Shown here: positions 13,567-23,703 of the stretch, piece after piece | Position numbering within the stretch: position 1 is the first letter of the stretch | How the letters are laid out: every line of letters begins with the position of its first letter | Origin: Blepharisma stoltei ATCC 30299 | Taxonomy: Eukaryota > Protista > Ciliophora | Length of the DNA: 64,000 nt | NCBI GenBank assembly: GCA_965603825.1 | Contig: CBFDEM010000038.1 | Coordinates: 186,001 to 250,000 of the forward strand | Reading direction: 5' to 3' | The notes under the pieces: generated by a model | Database searches by the model: none | Seen by the model: only the letters and a program-made list of their open reading frames with translations | What the model was told of the DNA's origin: nothing | Translations under genes and position numbers: made by a program

Positions 13567-15196
13567 TTAATCATTCAATATATCTTGAAGCTGCTGATTT
13601 AATAGTTCCTCCAAAGTTTCTTTCATATCTGAATTTAAATGATATGCCATACAAAAATTGCTAGCAAGCTCTTTAGGATCATCATCTTCATGTATCGCAA
13701 TTCTCCCTGTCTTCCCTGGTCCAACATTGACATCAACATAAACCAGCACACTTCTTTCATTTTTTTGCCTTTGTAAGAACGAAAACGGCTTTATTTTTTC
13801 GTTTTTCAATTTTTCATAATTTTCTCCGGTAGGTCTTTTTTCAAGCATATCTTTAAGTTCTTGTCTATTTTTATTAGCTTGTCTTAACCTTTCAATTGAT
13901 TCTTTAAATCCTCTAGGTGTAATTTTTGCTTTAGGAATTTTTACATCAGAGCTCAATGAAGGCTGAAAGGTGCATTTTTCTAATTCTTTTTCTAATGAGG
14001 TTCTTGGATCTTGCACAATTTTTGGAGCGTTTCTTTGGCTATACAGCCTCTCTTCTACTTTTAAATTAAAATCTTGGCTTTGGGGTCTAACTGAGTTAAT
14101 TTCAGGAGTAAATGTACACTCTTCTAATTCCTGCTCTAAAACTGCTAATCGATTAACAATGATTTTTTCTTCTTTTTCTTTTTGTTTTTTAAATAAAAAT
14201 TCATATCGTTTGTGAGGTGAAATAGGCTCCTGAGACGACTGCAAAATTTTTGATTTTTCACAAATTTGAGGCTTAAATGTGAGGTCTTTGGTAACATGAC
14301 TTGTCAATTTTTCTAGCTTTTTTTCAGTCAAAACTCCTGTCTTTTTATACGCAACTTGATTGTCATTAAGTTTTTGGAAATTCTGCAAAATTTTTTCAGC
14401 GTTTCAGCATTCTTCTTTTCTTTTTCCGATTTTTTCATAAATAATCCCATCTAGTCTTCTCAAATCTTCAATTAGATTCTCCTCATCTGTATCTTTATCA
14501 AATAAAATTAATAAAAAATCACTGATAATTTCTCTCTGGATATGAGAGGCTTTTATTGGATTTAAAAATTTTCATGACTCTACGTAAAAAATTTCTTCTG
14601 ACTCAGCTCTGAGTTTATGAGTTTTGCTTATAATGTTTCTGATGTTTGTTTCACTGACTGGCTAATTTTATAATACCTGGAAAAATTCTGATTAGCTCAA
14701 GTTCTTTATAGATCATAAATAGGCTTTCTTGTGAGATGCAGCCAATTGGGTCTTCATATTTGCTGATAATTGTATCGATTTCTTTGGAGAGCTTTTGATA
14801 GGCTAATTTTTTTGATTTTACTAGCACTTTATCAACTGAGCTATTACGGATTACATCAAGGGCTGCCTATATAGGTTTTACATTTTCTTGGATTAACTGT
14901 TTTCGTGCCAGCCTCCCCATAGCGTCTTGATATAAGGATTCATATTTTTTGGTTTTCCCAGCTGACTGCTGAGCATCGGTATCTTGAGGATTCTTCCCAC
15001 ATTCAGAGCTAGTTCTAGATCTTGCTAATGTCCTGAGCTGATTTTAATTTACCTCTTCAAGTTTTTTAGCCCGGTTTAAATGCAAATCGCTCTGGGCTTT
15101 TTGTCCAATTGCGTTGTCAAATTCTTCCTTTGCGACTTTTGCATCCTCTTTAAGCCGTTGTAGCTCTTCATCCGTAGTTAAATTAGGGTCTTCCAT
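13567..15196 (-). CDS. Uncharacterised protein with CTFxP-type repeats and a C-terminal PFU-like domain; 3 micro-introns
   Basis: ATG 15196; introns 15038-15052, 14867-14881 and a frame-restoring event at about 14658-14677; two TGA=Trp; repeats DLTFKPQI, ECTFTPEI, KCTFQPSL. Confidence 0.65.
14867..14881 (-). other. 15-nt intron GTAAAACCTATATAG
   Basis: GT-AG, A at position 10, removes an in-frame TAG. Confidence 0.8.
15038..15052 (-). other. 15-nt intron GTAAATTAAAATCAG
   Basis: GT-AG, A at position 10, removes an in-frame TAA. Confidence 0.8.
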
Positions 15197-15312
15197 TTTA
15201 ACTAATTATTTAGGCGCTTAACCAATTTTTCTCGAAATAATTTTGATTAAAAGCTCACATACATAGAATCTTAACCTATTTTAAGGAAAATTTATTGAAA
15301 GTAAATGATAAT

Positions 15313-15762
15313 TTATGATTTTTTCTCAGTTTCTTCATTATTTTTCGTTTCATTAGTTTCGTTGAATCCTCCATCTAAGTAATATTCACTAAAAACTCCA
15401 GCCATATCATAAAGCTCAGTTAATCCAAAAATTCTTAGCAGCCCTTTATAATAGAAAGGAATAGCAAGAGATGTGTACACTGTCGCAAAAAATATTGAAA
15501 GCAATGCTAGCTGTGTTGGAGATTTATGCTGCAGTCTGAGAAGCCTAGCATGGAATCCACAGAATTTTTTAAAAGCCCATCCATTTGTAATTGTGAATAT
15601 TGGAATTGCAAAAAAGGTGACTGAGTAGCCTAATGCAAAACGCCACCTTTCTTTTTTCATTAACTCTTCGATTGGTGCTGGCTCTTTCACAGGGGTAAAT
15701 AAAGATTTTGCAACCTTTCAATAAGTTGAATAGCTGCTTTCCTCTTTTACTTCTTCAGACAT
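15313..15762 (-). CDS. Small membrane protein with 2 predicted hydrophobic segments, 149 aa
   Basis: ATG 15762 (MSEEVKEE); TGA=Trp at 15718 joins ORF 15313-15690. Confidence 0.7.
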
Positions 15763-15824
15763 TATTTTATATGTTATATTGATAGGATTATGCTAAAAGT
15801 TAAAAAATAATATTTTTCATTTAA

Positions 15825-16757
15825 TTATAGACCTCTCGCCCAAGCAGATAGCTTGGACGCGTCCATCCATCTGTCTCCATCAGTTTTTGACCCTAAAGTC
15901 GTAATATAAAGTGGCCTCTGTGAATCTTTAGTTCTCACACACAAGCAAGGTCCAGCTTTCGGTGTCGTCCCTGTTTTAACTCCATCAAATCCTCTTCCCA
16001 GCAGTTTATTTGTATTAAACCAATGGACAGTCCTCGTTCCCCAATATTCATTATCGATTTCACACGTATAAGTTTGCGTATTAACAATTTTCCTGAATTT
16101 TTTATTCTGCATAGCATATGCTGCCAAGACGCAGACATCTTTAGCTGACGAAATATTTGGCTTGCTAGAAAGCCCATGGGTATTTTGGTAATGTGTATTG
16201 TCAAGTTCTAGGTATTTTGCCATAATATTCATCATTCGAATAAACTCCAGAGTAGGAATATTAGGGTTGAATAAAGAGCCAATATAAGTTGATAATGCAA
16301 CCGCTGCATCATTGCCAGAAGGAAGCATAAGGCCATATAAAAGGTCTTTGATACGAACTCTGTCGCCTTCTTCTAGATTGGCGGTTGTCCCGACTATATT
16401 AGCTGCATTTGAGCCAATACTGACCAAGTCATTCAAAGAAATATCGTTTTCGTCACAGATTTCTAATACTAAAATGCAAGTCATGACTTTTGTAATACTT
16501 GCAATTTCTCGCTTTTGGGTGCTGCAACGGGTTGCTAAAAATTCTTTAGCAACTGGATCGTAGATGGCCCAGGACTGTGCGGTGATGTCAGATGGCATTT
16601 CACGAGTTAATGAGACTTGGTCTTTATTAGATGATTTTATTAAATTGTCTGGGAGCAAACTGAATGGATTTGAATGTGAGCGCTTTTGTTCGTTTTTAAT
16701 CCGTGATTCAGCTGCTTGGATAGCATAGCTATAATCGTCAACTTGTGCGTATGCCAT
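15825..16757 (-). CDS. Serine-type D-Ala-D-Ala carboxypeptidase (peptidase S11, DacA/PBP5-like)
   Basis: Intact SxxK (ASITK), SxN (PSGNDAA), HGL and KTG (GVKTGTT) motifs. The first in-frame ATG is 16757; the ORF-track start is TTG. Confidence 0.88.
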   Translation of the reverse strand: MAYAQVDDYSYAIQAAESRIKNEQKRSHSNPFSLLPDNLIKSSNKDQVSLTREMPSDITAQSWAIYDPVAKEFLATRCSTQKREIASITKVMTCILVLEICDENDISLNDLVSIGSNAANIVGTTANLEEGDRVRIKDLLYGLMLPSGNDAAVALSTYIGSLFNPNIPTLEFIRMMNIMAKYLELDNTHYQNTHGLSSKPNISSAKDVCVLAAYAMQNKKFRKIVNTQTYTCEIDNEYWGTRTVHWFNTNKLLGRGFDGVKTGTTPKAGPCLCVRTKDSQRPLYITTLGSKTDGDRWMDASKLSAWARGL

Positions 16758-17027
16758 TAAATTTGCATGAAATTTAAAGAGATCAAAAATTGGATGATTT
16801 TTAATCTTATTATGTGGCAGGATACTTTTTTCAGGTATTTTTGCTGATAAATTAGAGGTATTTTTAGACAATTATGCAATTAACGAGTTTTATTTAAAGA
16901 GTTTAACAATTTTATAAATGAACATGCGAAAAAGTAATTAAGATAAAAAACAGCTGCAATTAGCTGATTTTTATCTATAATTTTATTGTAAAATTAATGT
17001 TATTATTAGATTTAGTATATCAATAAA

Positions 17028-18959
17028 ATGGGAGGAAGGAAAAAGGTTAAGGAAGCTCCAGAAAATGATAATGAAAAAAAGGTTACACAAAAGTCAGAAC
17101 CTAGCATTTCGGGAAGGGCGACTCGATCTATGACCCGTGCTGCTGGAAATCAAGAAATTGTAATAGAAAAAACAACTGAGACTCGCAAATCATCTAAATC
17201 CCAAAAAGTCAAAGAAGAAGCCACAGAAAATACCCAGCCCATTAAAAAAGCTCGAAAAAACCAAAAAGCTGTAGAAATTGTTGATGATTCAATAGAAAAA
17301 ATTGAAGATTTGATCGATCAGTCAAAACCAAAGGGAAAATCAGAATCAAATCCAATTATCATAGAAGAAAAAATAGAAATTAAGACAGAAACCCCAAAGC
17401 TCAATAAACAGATTACAAAAGATGTAGAAGAACTTGCAGAAACCAAGCAAAATAATATACCTAAATCTTCAGCGAAGAAAGAAAAAGGCGTGGAAAAGAT
17501 AGAATACAAATTTAATGACGAAAAATCTCCAGATAAAGTGGAGAATCCTCCACCAAAAGCAGCAGAAAAATCAATTGAAAAATCCACAAAATCAAAAGAA
17601 GTTCTCCCTTTTCCAAATTCAAAAAAGCAAAAAGAAAATTCTGCTAGCTCTGATGAAGACTGCCAAATGCTTACCGCAAAAAATATTTTTTCCAAATCCG
17701 CAGGTTCAGCCAAAAAAATGCTGAAAACTTTATTTGAAAAGTCACATGAAATTCCAAGCTCAGGTAGCGAAAAAGAAGAGCCCAAAAAAAAGCAAATCAA
17801 AAAAGAGGAGGAAGAAGAAGAAAGTGTTTCTAGTGAAAGTGATCAAGAAATTAATAAGAAACCTCCAGTAAAAAAGCAGTTTAAAGAAGATTCTGAATCA
17901 GAAAAGAGCTCTCATGAAGAAAAGTATGAATTTTCGCCTGATTTAGTAAAAGAACTAAATATAGAATTGCCTGAAGCTTCATGCTCTAGCGAATCTGATG
18001 AAGAAATTGTCAAAAAAAGCAAAAAAGAGAAAGCTGAAGAAAATAAAGATAAAAAAGAAGAAAAGAAAGAAATCCCTGCAACCAAAAATCAAGAGAAAGC
18101 AGAAGTAAGGAATGACAAATCAGAGTTTTTAAAAGAAAAAGTTAAGAGAAAACGGCAAAAGCGGCAAAAATTAAAAGAAAAGCCAGCCCCAGAAATGCTG
18201 AGAGATGAACTACCTGGCAAAAAAAGAAAAAGAAGACATGGAAAAGATAAAGATGCCACCAAAAAACAAAAAACAGAAGAAAGCACTGAAAATTTGAATC
18301 TAAAACGTGTCCCAGATCAAAATCCAGCTACAAAACTCACCAAGCCTAACGAAAAGCCCACAATTCCTGAAGTTTTCATTACAGGCCTCAGCTACAAAAC
18401 CACAGATTCAGACATTCACGAATTATTCAAAAATTGTGGAGAAATTAGTTCCATGAAGCTTCTTCGCAATGAAAAAGGTTTCAAAGGCTCTGCCTTCATT
18501 ATGTTTAAATCAATAGAGTCAGCAGAAGAAGCCATAAAATTATCCAACACTGAATTTTCCGGTAGAGTTCTAAATATCCGATTTTCCCATGAAAAATCAC
18601 CAAAACCGCGGCCTTATAAAGGAGTCCATACAATTTTTATTGGAAATATTCCATGCAATGTAGACGAAGACTGCCTTTACAGTTTCTTTAAAAAGTGTGG
18701 AGAAATTAAAGAAGCAAGAATCGCTGTTGATTCTAATGGCAACAAGCGAGGATTCGCACATCTAGAATTTGAGTCTGTAGAAGCCGCAGACGCAGCTATA
18801 GAACTATCAGGCAAAATTTTGGATGGAAAAATATTAAAAATCGATTATTCTGAAGATAGAATAATAGAAAGCACACACAATAAAGAAAATCATTTTACAA
18901 GGCCGCCATTTGGGAAACTAATAGAGAAAGCCAAAAGTGGATATAAAAGACTATTTTAA
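17028..18959 (+). CDS. Nucleolin/Nsr1-like RNA-binding protein (charged N-terminus, 2 RRMs)
   Basis: RNP2/RNP1 pairs VFITGL...KGSAFIMF and IFIGNI...RGFAHLEF; long Lys/Glu/Ser-rich N-terminus. Confidence 0.8.
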   Translation: MGGRKKVKEAPENDNEKKVTQKSEPSISGRATRSMTRAAGNQEIVIEKTTETRKSSKSQKVKEEATENTQPIKKARKNQKAVEIVDDSIEKIEDLIDQSKPKGKSESNPIIIEEKIEIKTETPKLNKQITKDVEELAETKQNNIPKSSAKKEKGVEKIEYKFNDEKSPDKVENPPPKAAEKSIEKSTKSKEVLPFPNSKKQKENSASSDEDCQMLTAKNIFSKSAGSAKKMLKTLFEKSHEIPSSGSEKEEPKKKQIKKEEEEEESVSSESDQEINKKPPVKKQFKEDSESEKSSHEEKYEFSPDLVKELNIELPEASCSSESDEEIVKKSKKEKAEENKDKKEEKKEIPATKNQEKAEVRNDKSEFLKEKVKRKRQKRQKLKEKPAPEMLRDELPGKKRKRRHGKDKDATKKQKTEESTENLNLKRVPDQNPATKLTKPNEKPTIPEVFITGLSYKTTDSDIHELFKNCGEISSMKLLRNEKGFKGSAFIMFKSIESAEEAIKLSNTEFSGRVLNIRFSHEKSPKPRPYKGVHTIFIGNIPCNVDEDCLYSFFKKCGEIKEARIAVDSNGNKRGFAHLEFESVEAADAAIELSGKILDGKILKIDYSEDRIIESTHNKENHFTRPPFGKLIEKAKSGYKRLF

Positions 18960-18971
18960 TGCATAAATCAA

Positions 18972-21467
18972 TTATCCTAGCTCTGCTATTTCGCCTTTCA
19001 TAATTTTAACTCTATTGACAATGATCCCTAGTTTTTCTCTGTCTCCTGCATTTTTGAAATAGGCTGCTAATTGCATGTCATGTTGTATTTGGTTTTCTAG
19101 GACAGCTTTGTATTGTTCTGGGGTGATAATCCCGTTTTCTACTTGTGACTCAATGATCATTTTCTTTCTGGCTACTTCTCTTTGCAAATTAATCTCTGCA
19201 GCTGGATTTTTACCGTCCCCTCTTAACTGTATGATTAATTGTTGAAGTCTTTTAGACTCTTGCTCGAGGACTTCATAAGAATTCAGGTTGTCAAGAATAT
19301 TTGGATTTTTTATTTCAGCTGGAGATAGCTGGATAGGCTTCTCTGGGATGTTTTTTTCCTCTTCTATTGGAGTTTGTTTAGGGACTTTTTGTGCGGGTGC
19401 AGGCTGAGGAACAGTTTCCTGCACTTTTCCTTTTGCTCCTGGTTGCTGCACACTGTTTCCTTCTGGGGTCCTGAAAACTGGTAAAAATTGGTCCACGAAT
19501 TCTACTTTTTCTGTCACTTGCTTATATTCAGGTGTGCTTAATGATTTATTAATCCTGAGCGTCATTTCTAATGTCGGTCCTCTTCTAGCCAGTGGAACAG
19601 TCAACTGCAGTACTGATTTGCTTGCAAAATCATCAAGTTTTACTGTAGCAGTCCCCACATTTTTATTACTTCTAAGCACATGATATTCCATAACGTCAAA
19701 CGTTAAATGCCTTCTAAAAAGCGTTGAAAATGTTTTTGGATTTGGCTTAATGATTTCTTTCAGATTAAACCCATTTTGGCAGACTTTTTTGCCATATCCA
19801 GTTCTGTTTGCTAGATCACTGCCACCTGAGCCTGATAATGAATAATTAATAAAATGATCTCGGGAGTCGTCTAGTCCAGTTGCTTTACCAAAAACTACTT
19901 CTATAACCCCAGGTTCGACATCATCATTAACAACAGGGACAGTTTTTGTTAAGGATTTTACTCCGATTTCTGGAGGTATTACCCAAGGATTTGATAATGC
20001 GGACTCTAGCTGTTTAGCTTTGGTTTCGTTTTCGACCATTTCTCGCTTGAAAACTTTGGCAGCTTCTTGGTCTTTAGCCCGGAGAGCTGCTAAAGCGTTT
20101 TCTTTGGCCTCAGCACCTTTTTTTGCGCAAAAATCAATTAGATGTGAAATACGTTCTCTGCGCTCTTTTTCGGTCATGCCTGTGATATCTTGAGGAGTTA
20201 TTGGGGTAATTTTGAGGGATGGGTTTTGGCCTTGCTGAATTGCCTTAATTATTTTGTGGAGGGCTTCAGCTTTTTCTAGGAGAGGCTCACAGCGCTTAGC
20301 TGCACCTAATGATTTTAGATAAGAAAATGCTTCTTTTGTTTCTTCTAAGAGATCATATGCAGTTTTATAAGTGAAATTGTGCTCATATAGCTCTGAGTGA
20401 GAAATAACAGGGGCGCTTTCAGTTCTGCTTGCTCTGTTAGTTTGTTCTAAATTCTGTGACTCTTCATTTGGCTTTGGTGAGCTTTCACTTTGTTGATTTT
20501 GTTGAACTTGCGCTACTTCTTCTTCTTCCTCCTCTTCCTCTTCTTCCTCTTCTTCTCCAGCTTGATCTAATTCTTCTTGCATTAGCTTAATATGAGCTTG
20601 ATATATTTCAGCAGTTTTTCCTGATGCTTTTTTCAAATTTTCTTTATATTCATTAATTTTATTTGTTAATGATTCCATATAGCCTTCTTGACTTATCATT
20701 CCAGCTTGAATATTTGTTGCTAACAAACTTATTGCCATTTCAAGCTTTCCTACCATATCTTTATCCTTTTTCTTTGTCCAAAGATCTTTTTCATACTCAA
20801 GGACACTCATAGCAACAATTGAATCATAATCAAAATCCTCTTCAATTTCCATGGCCATGCTATTTTCCTCAATTTTCGGTGCAGCTTTAGCCTTAGACTT
20901 GTGCTCTTCATAAGAGCTTTCTGCCTTGGGCTTATGAGCAATATTATGTATATTCAATATCTTCTCAGCATTCGCTAATTCGACTTCTAAGCTTTTATAC
21001 TCCTTCATCCTTTCGACAGCTTTTTCTTTATTTCCTGCCTGTTTGTACTTTATAGCGCTGCGTTTAATTTTCTCAATTTTCTGTTTAAGCTGCTCAATCT
21101 GCTCTTGCTGCTGAGACACTAGTTGTGCGTTTGTTTCAGCACCTCCAAGCTCATTGAGTTCTCCTTGGAGCTCTGGGTCTTCTAAATCATCAACTTCCAA
21201 GTTTGCATTTTCGATGTCTTTTTCTGAATAATTTTTGTTTCCGTATTTTTTGTATTGTGCTTCTAAAGCCTTTTCTTCTGCCTCCATTTCTAATTCAAGT
21301 TTGTGAGCTTCGTCCTCTTCGGGATCAATTTCTTCACCGTCTTCCCAGCCCATTTGTTTTAGTTCTGCCATGAGTTTTGGGTCATTGAAGTCCATTTCCA
21401 TATCTTGTTTGCCACCTAGGCTTGCTAGGAAATCAAAATCTTGCTGTTGCTTATTTTTCTTGCTCAT
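18972..21467 (-). CDS. CC2D1/Lgd-like protein (DM14-like helices plus C2 domain), 831 aa
   Basis: DM14-like KRSAIKYKQAGNKEKAVERMK and AKENALAALRAKDQEAAK; C2-like LTFDVMEYHVLRSNKNVGTATVKL; C-terminal LNSYEVLEQE motif. First ATG is 21467. Confidence 0.7.
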   Translation of the reverse strand: MSKKNKQQQDFDFLASLGGKQDMEMDFNDPKLMAELKQMGWEDGEEIDPEEDEAHKLELEMEAEEKALEAQYKKYGNKNYSEKDIENANLEVDDLEDPELQGELNELGGAETNAQLVSQQQEQIEQLKQKIEKIKRSAIKYKQAGNKEKAVERMKEYKSLEVELANAEKILNIHNIAHKPKAESSYEEHKSKAKAAPKIEENSMAMEIEEDFDYDSIVAMSVLEYEKDLWTKKKDKDMVGKLEMAISLLATNIQAGMISQEGYMESLTNKINEYKENLKKASGKTAEIYQAHIKLMQEELDQAGEEEEEEEEEEEEEVAQVQQNQQSESSPKPNEESQNLEQTNRASRTESAPVISHSELYEHNFTYKTAYDLLEETKEAFSYLKSLGAAKRCEPLLEKAEALHKIIKAIQQGQNPSLKITPITPQDITGMTEKERRERISHLIDFCAKKGAEAKENALAALRAKDQEAAKVFKREMVENETKAKQLESALSNPWVIPPEIGVKSLTKTVPVVNDDVEPGVIEVVFGKATGLDDSRDHFINYSLSGSGGSDLANRTGYGKKVCQNGFNLKEIIKPNPKTFSTLFRRHLTFDVMEYHVLRSNKNVGTATVKLDDFASKSVLQLTVPLARRGPTLEMTLRINKSLSTPEYKQVTEKVEFVDQFLPVFRTPEGNSVQQPGAKGKVQETVPQPAPAQKVPKQTPIEEEKNIPEKPIQLSPAEIKNPNILDNLNSYEVLEQESKRLQQLIIQLRGDGKNPAAEINLQREVARKKMIIESQVENGIITPEQYKAVLENQIQHDMQLAAYFKNAGDREKLGIIVNRVKIMKGEIAELG

Positions 21468-21910
21468 ATTTTTATTAGGCAAATAATCTTTTGCTAGATA
21501 TGCTTATATAGATATTACATATTATGAAATTTAGATTGGCTTTTCATGTTGAAGAGGAAACAAATAAAAAAGATTATAAAAGTATTCAAAAATTTAATAA
21601 TTAAAATTATAAAGTAAAATATTATTTTTATTTCTCGACAGTGTTATTATTTAGAAGTCCTATACTCTATAATAAATCTGGAATGTTTTATATAGAAATA
21701 TAGAATTTGAAATAATTTTTATTGAAGGTAATATTAAAAATTTAAATTAATTATAGCATCTATTAATTTTTTAAAGTCCGAAAAAGGGCTAATATGTATT
21801 TTCATTTTAACATTCAATACAATAAATTTAAAAATACCATATGAAAAATGCCTTTACAGTATTAAATCAAGCAAACTATATTAATTATAGCGTTAATTTA
21901 TACTCCGATA

Positions 21911-22411
21911 TTAGTGAAAAAATACATCAAGCTCATGCAGCAGTTTTTTAGTCTTTTTTTCTTCATCGTTTTCAATCTCTTCAAATCAGTCTTGCAAACC
22001 CCATTTTCTCTTAGTAGTAGCCTTATTCGAAGGCGAGCTCGGAGCGCTAAATCTTGGCGAAATAATTTTATTTCTTATAAGTAGCGTTTTTTTTGATGCC
22101 GACTTGTTATTTTTGCCTAATAATTCAAATTCTGGGTAATCAGTTCTCAAATCAACCGTTTTAAACTGCTTAATCAGATTGAAATTTTTATGGTTAGAAA
22201 GGGCTGAACTAAAAGTCAGCCTTTCTAGAGCATTTAATTGGAGAGGCTTAGATTTTTTTATTCGTATAGAAGCCGGAGTTTTTTTCATGTTTAAGTCTAA
22301 ACTTGCGCCTGAATAAGAATTACGATGCAACGGAATTTTCCTGTTAATTGATTGGCTTTGTTGGGGCTTATGCGGTATTTCTTGAATTTTGATTTTCTTT
22401 TGCAGAGACAT
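21911..22411 (-). CDS. Hypothetical basic protein, 166 aa
   Basis: The ORF extends through TGA 21986 (W-FEEIENDEE...) to TAA 21911. Confidence 0.65.
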
Positions 22412-22481
22412 GAATTATGGTTAAAAAATTCAATAGTTTACTAATCAAAAATTTAATGTAAAATAATTATTTTTTTTAAAT

Positions 22482-22883
22482 TTACTCAACTATAGGCTCT
22501 TCTTCTCTCCAATCAAGAAGTTCTTTCCTAGTCAGCATCATATCTAAGAACTGCTGATAATCACAAGCCGCGAAAATATATTCGAAGCACGTCAAAGCAT
22601 TTGAATCCTTTTCATATACCACTTTGCAAAAGTCAAATATTTCTTCCTCAGTCAGATTCTCTGTTCTGGCAAAATCTTGAAGCTTTTTTTCTATGTCCTC
22701 ACCAAATTTTTGATAAATTTCATAACACTCATGTGTTTGTTCGCCACTTTCAAATTTTTCAAGATTATTATTGAGATAAATTTCGATTTCACATATAAAT
22801 TCTGGCTCTGTGAACAGTCGTTCTAACCCAAGTAAAACTGTAATTGCTTGTTCAATGTTTTTAGAGTCTTCTGCTTCAGACAT
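22482..22883 (-). CDS. BART-domain (ARL2BP/CFAP36-like) protein
   Basis: EQTHECYEIYQKF...IEKKL and FEYIFAACDYQQFLDMM match the BART domain pattern. Confidence 0.75.
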   Translation of the reverse strand: MSEAEDSKNIEQAITVLLGLERLFTEPEFICEIEIYLNNNLEKFESGEQTHECYEIYQKFGEDIEKKLQDFARTENLTEEEIFDFCKVVYEKDSNALTCFEYIFAACDYQQFLDMMLTRKELLDWREEEPIVE

Positions 22884-22982
22884 AGAGTTTTCTATGGAAG
22901 AATTATTTTAATTATGGAAAATTTCCTTTATTATTGCATATAAACCTCAAAAAGTATGCAAGCATTACTAAGTAGTATATGA

Positions 22983-23678
22983 TTATTCAACGATATCATT
23001 AACTTCATCAGTAGGGTCTTCTTCACCGTTCTCTTGAGGCTCGTCATCTCTCAATTTATTTTCGACTTCCTCCCATTTTTCCTCACACACGCGCTCAGCG
23101 CCTTCTTTTTTCTTGCAAAGATAAACCCAATGAGGGTTTGTGGTTTCTTCCCCAATAATCTGATTAGAAACGTCCCATAGTAAATGCTCCATCTCAAAAT
23201 GCTCAAGTCTAGACTCAGGCGCTCCATACGAAATTGCCATATAAAATCCATCAGTTTTCAAAACCCTTTGAATTTCTTTAGTCATTCTTGCGACATTTAA
23301 ATAAGCATCATCTCCACATAGTAAAGCGTCTATTGTAGATTTGTCAATGGCCAAATCAAATGTATTACTTGGGAATTTTATGTCTCTGACATCCTGGACA
23401 CTCCAAGTCATGGTAGGCTTGTCAATGTTTCTTTCTGCCATTTGCTTGATAACGACACTGGAGATGTCAATATTATCGATATTTTGGAAGCCGTCATGAT
23501 ACATATCTTCACCTAATTCTGCGTTGCCACACCCTAAAATCAAGATTTTTGCAGTCTTAGGAGCTATTTCATTGATTATAGGGGCAAGGCTGCGATAGTC
23601 TTCAAGCCAGTCAAATGTAGAGCCTTCTTGTTCAGCATAGCGCTTTTCCCAGTATTCCGGGTCACCGTAATTAGGCAT
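22983..23678 (-). CDS. SAM-dependent protein-lysine methyltransferase, EEF1AKMT4/METTL13-N-like
   Basis: YGDPEYWEKRY, FDWL, ILILGCGN, IDKSTIDALLCG, RVLKTDG. Confidence 0.85.
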   Translation of the reverse strand: MPNYGDPEYWEKRYAEQEGSTFDWLEDYRSLAPIINEIAPKTAKILILGCGNAELGEDMYHDGFQNIDNIDISSVVIKQMAERNIDKPTMTWSVQDVRDIKFPSNTFDLAIDKSTIDALLCGDDAYLNVARMTKEIQRVLKTDGFYMAISYGAPESRLEHFEMEHLLWDVSNQIIGEETTNPHWVYLCKKKEGAERVCEEKWEEVENKLRDDEPQENGEEDPTDEVNDIVE

Positions 23679-23703
23679 TTAATGGATTTTTAAGGATTAT
23701 ATT

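Noticed and set aside
16758-16871. TTG/GTG starts given by the ORF track (also 21482, 30243, 37945)
   Set aside because: The locus is eukaryotic; ATG starts preceded by A/T-rich leaders fit better.
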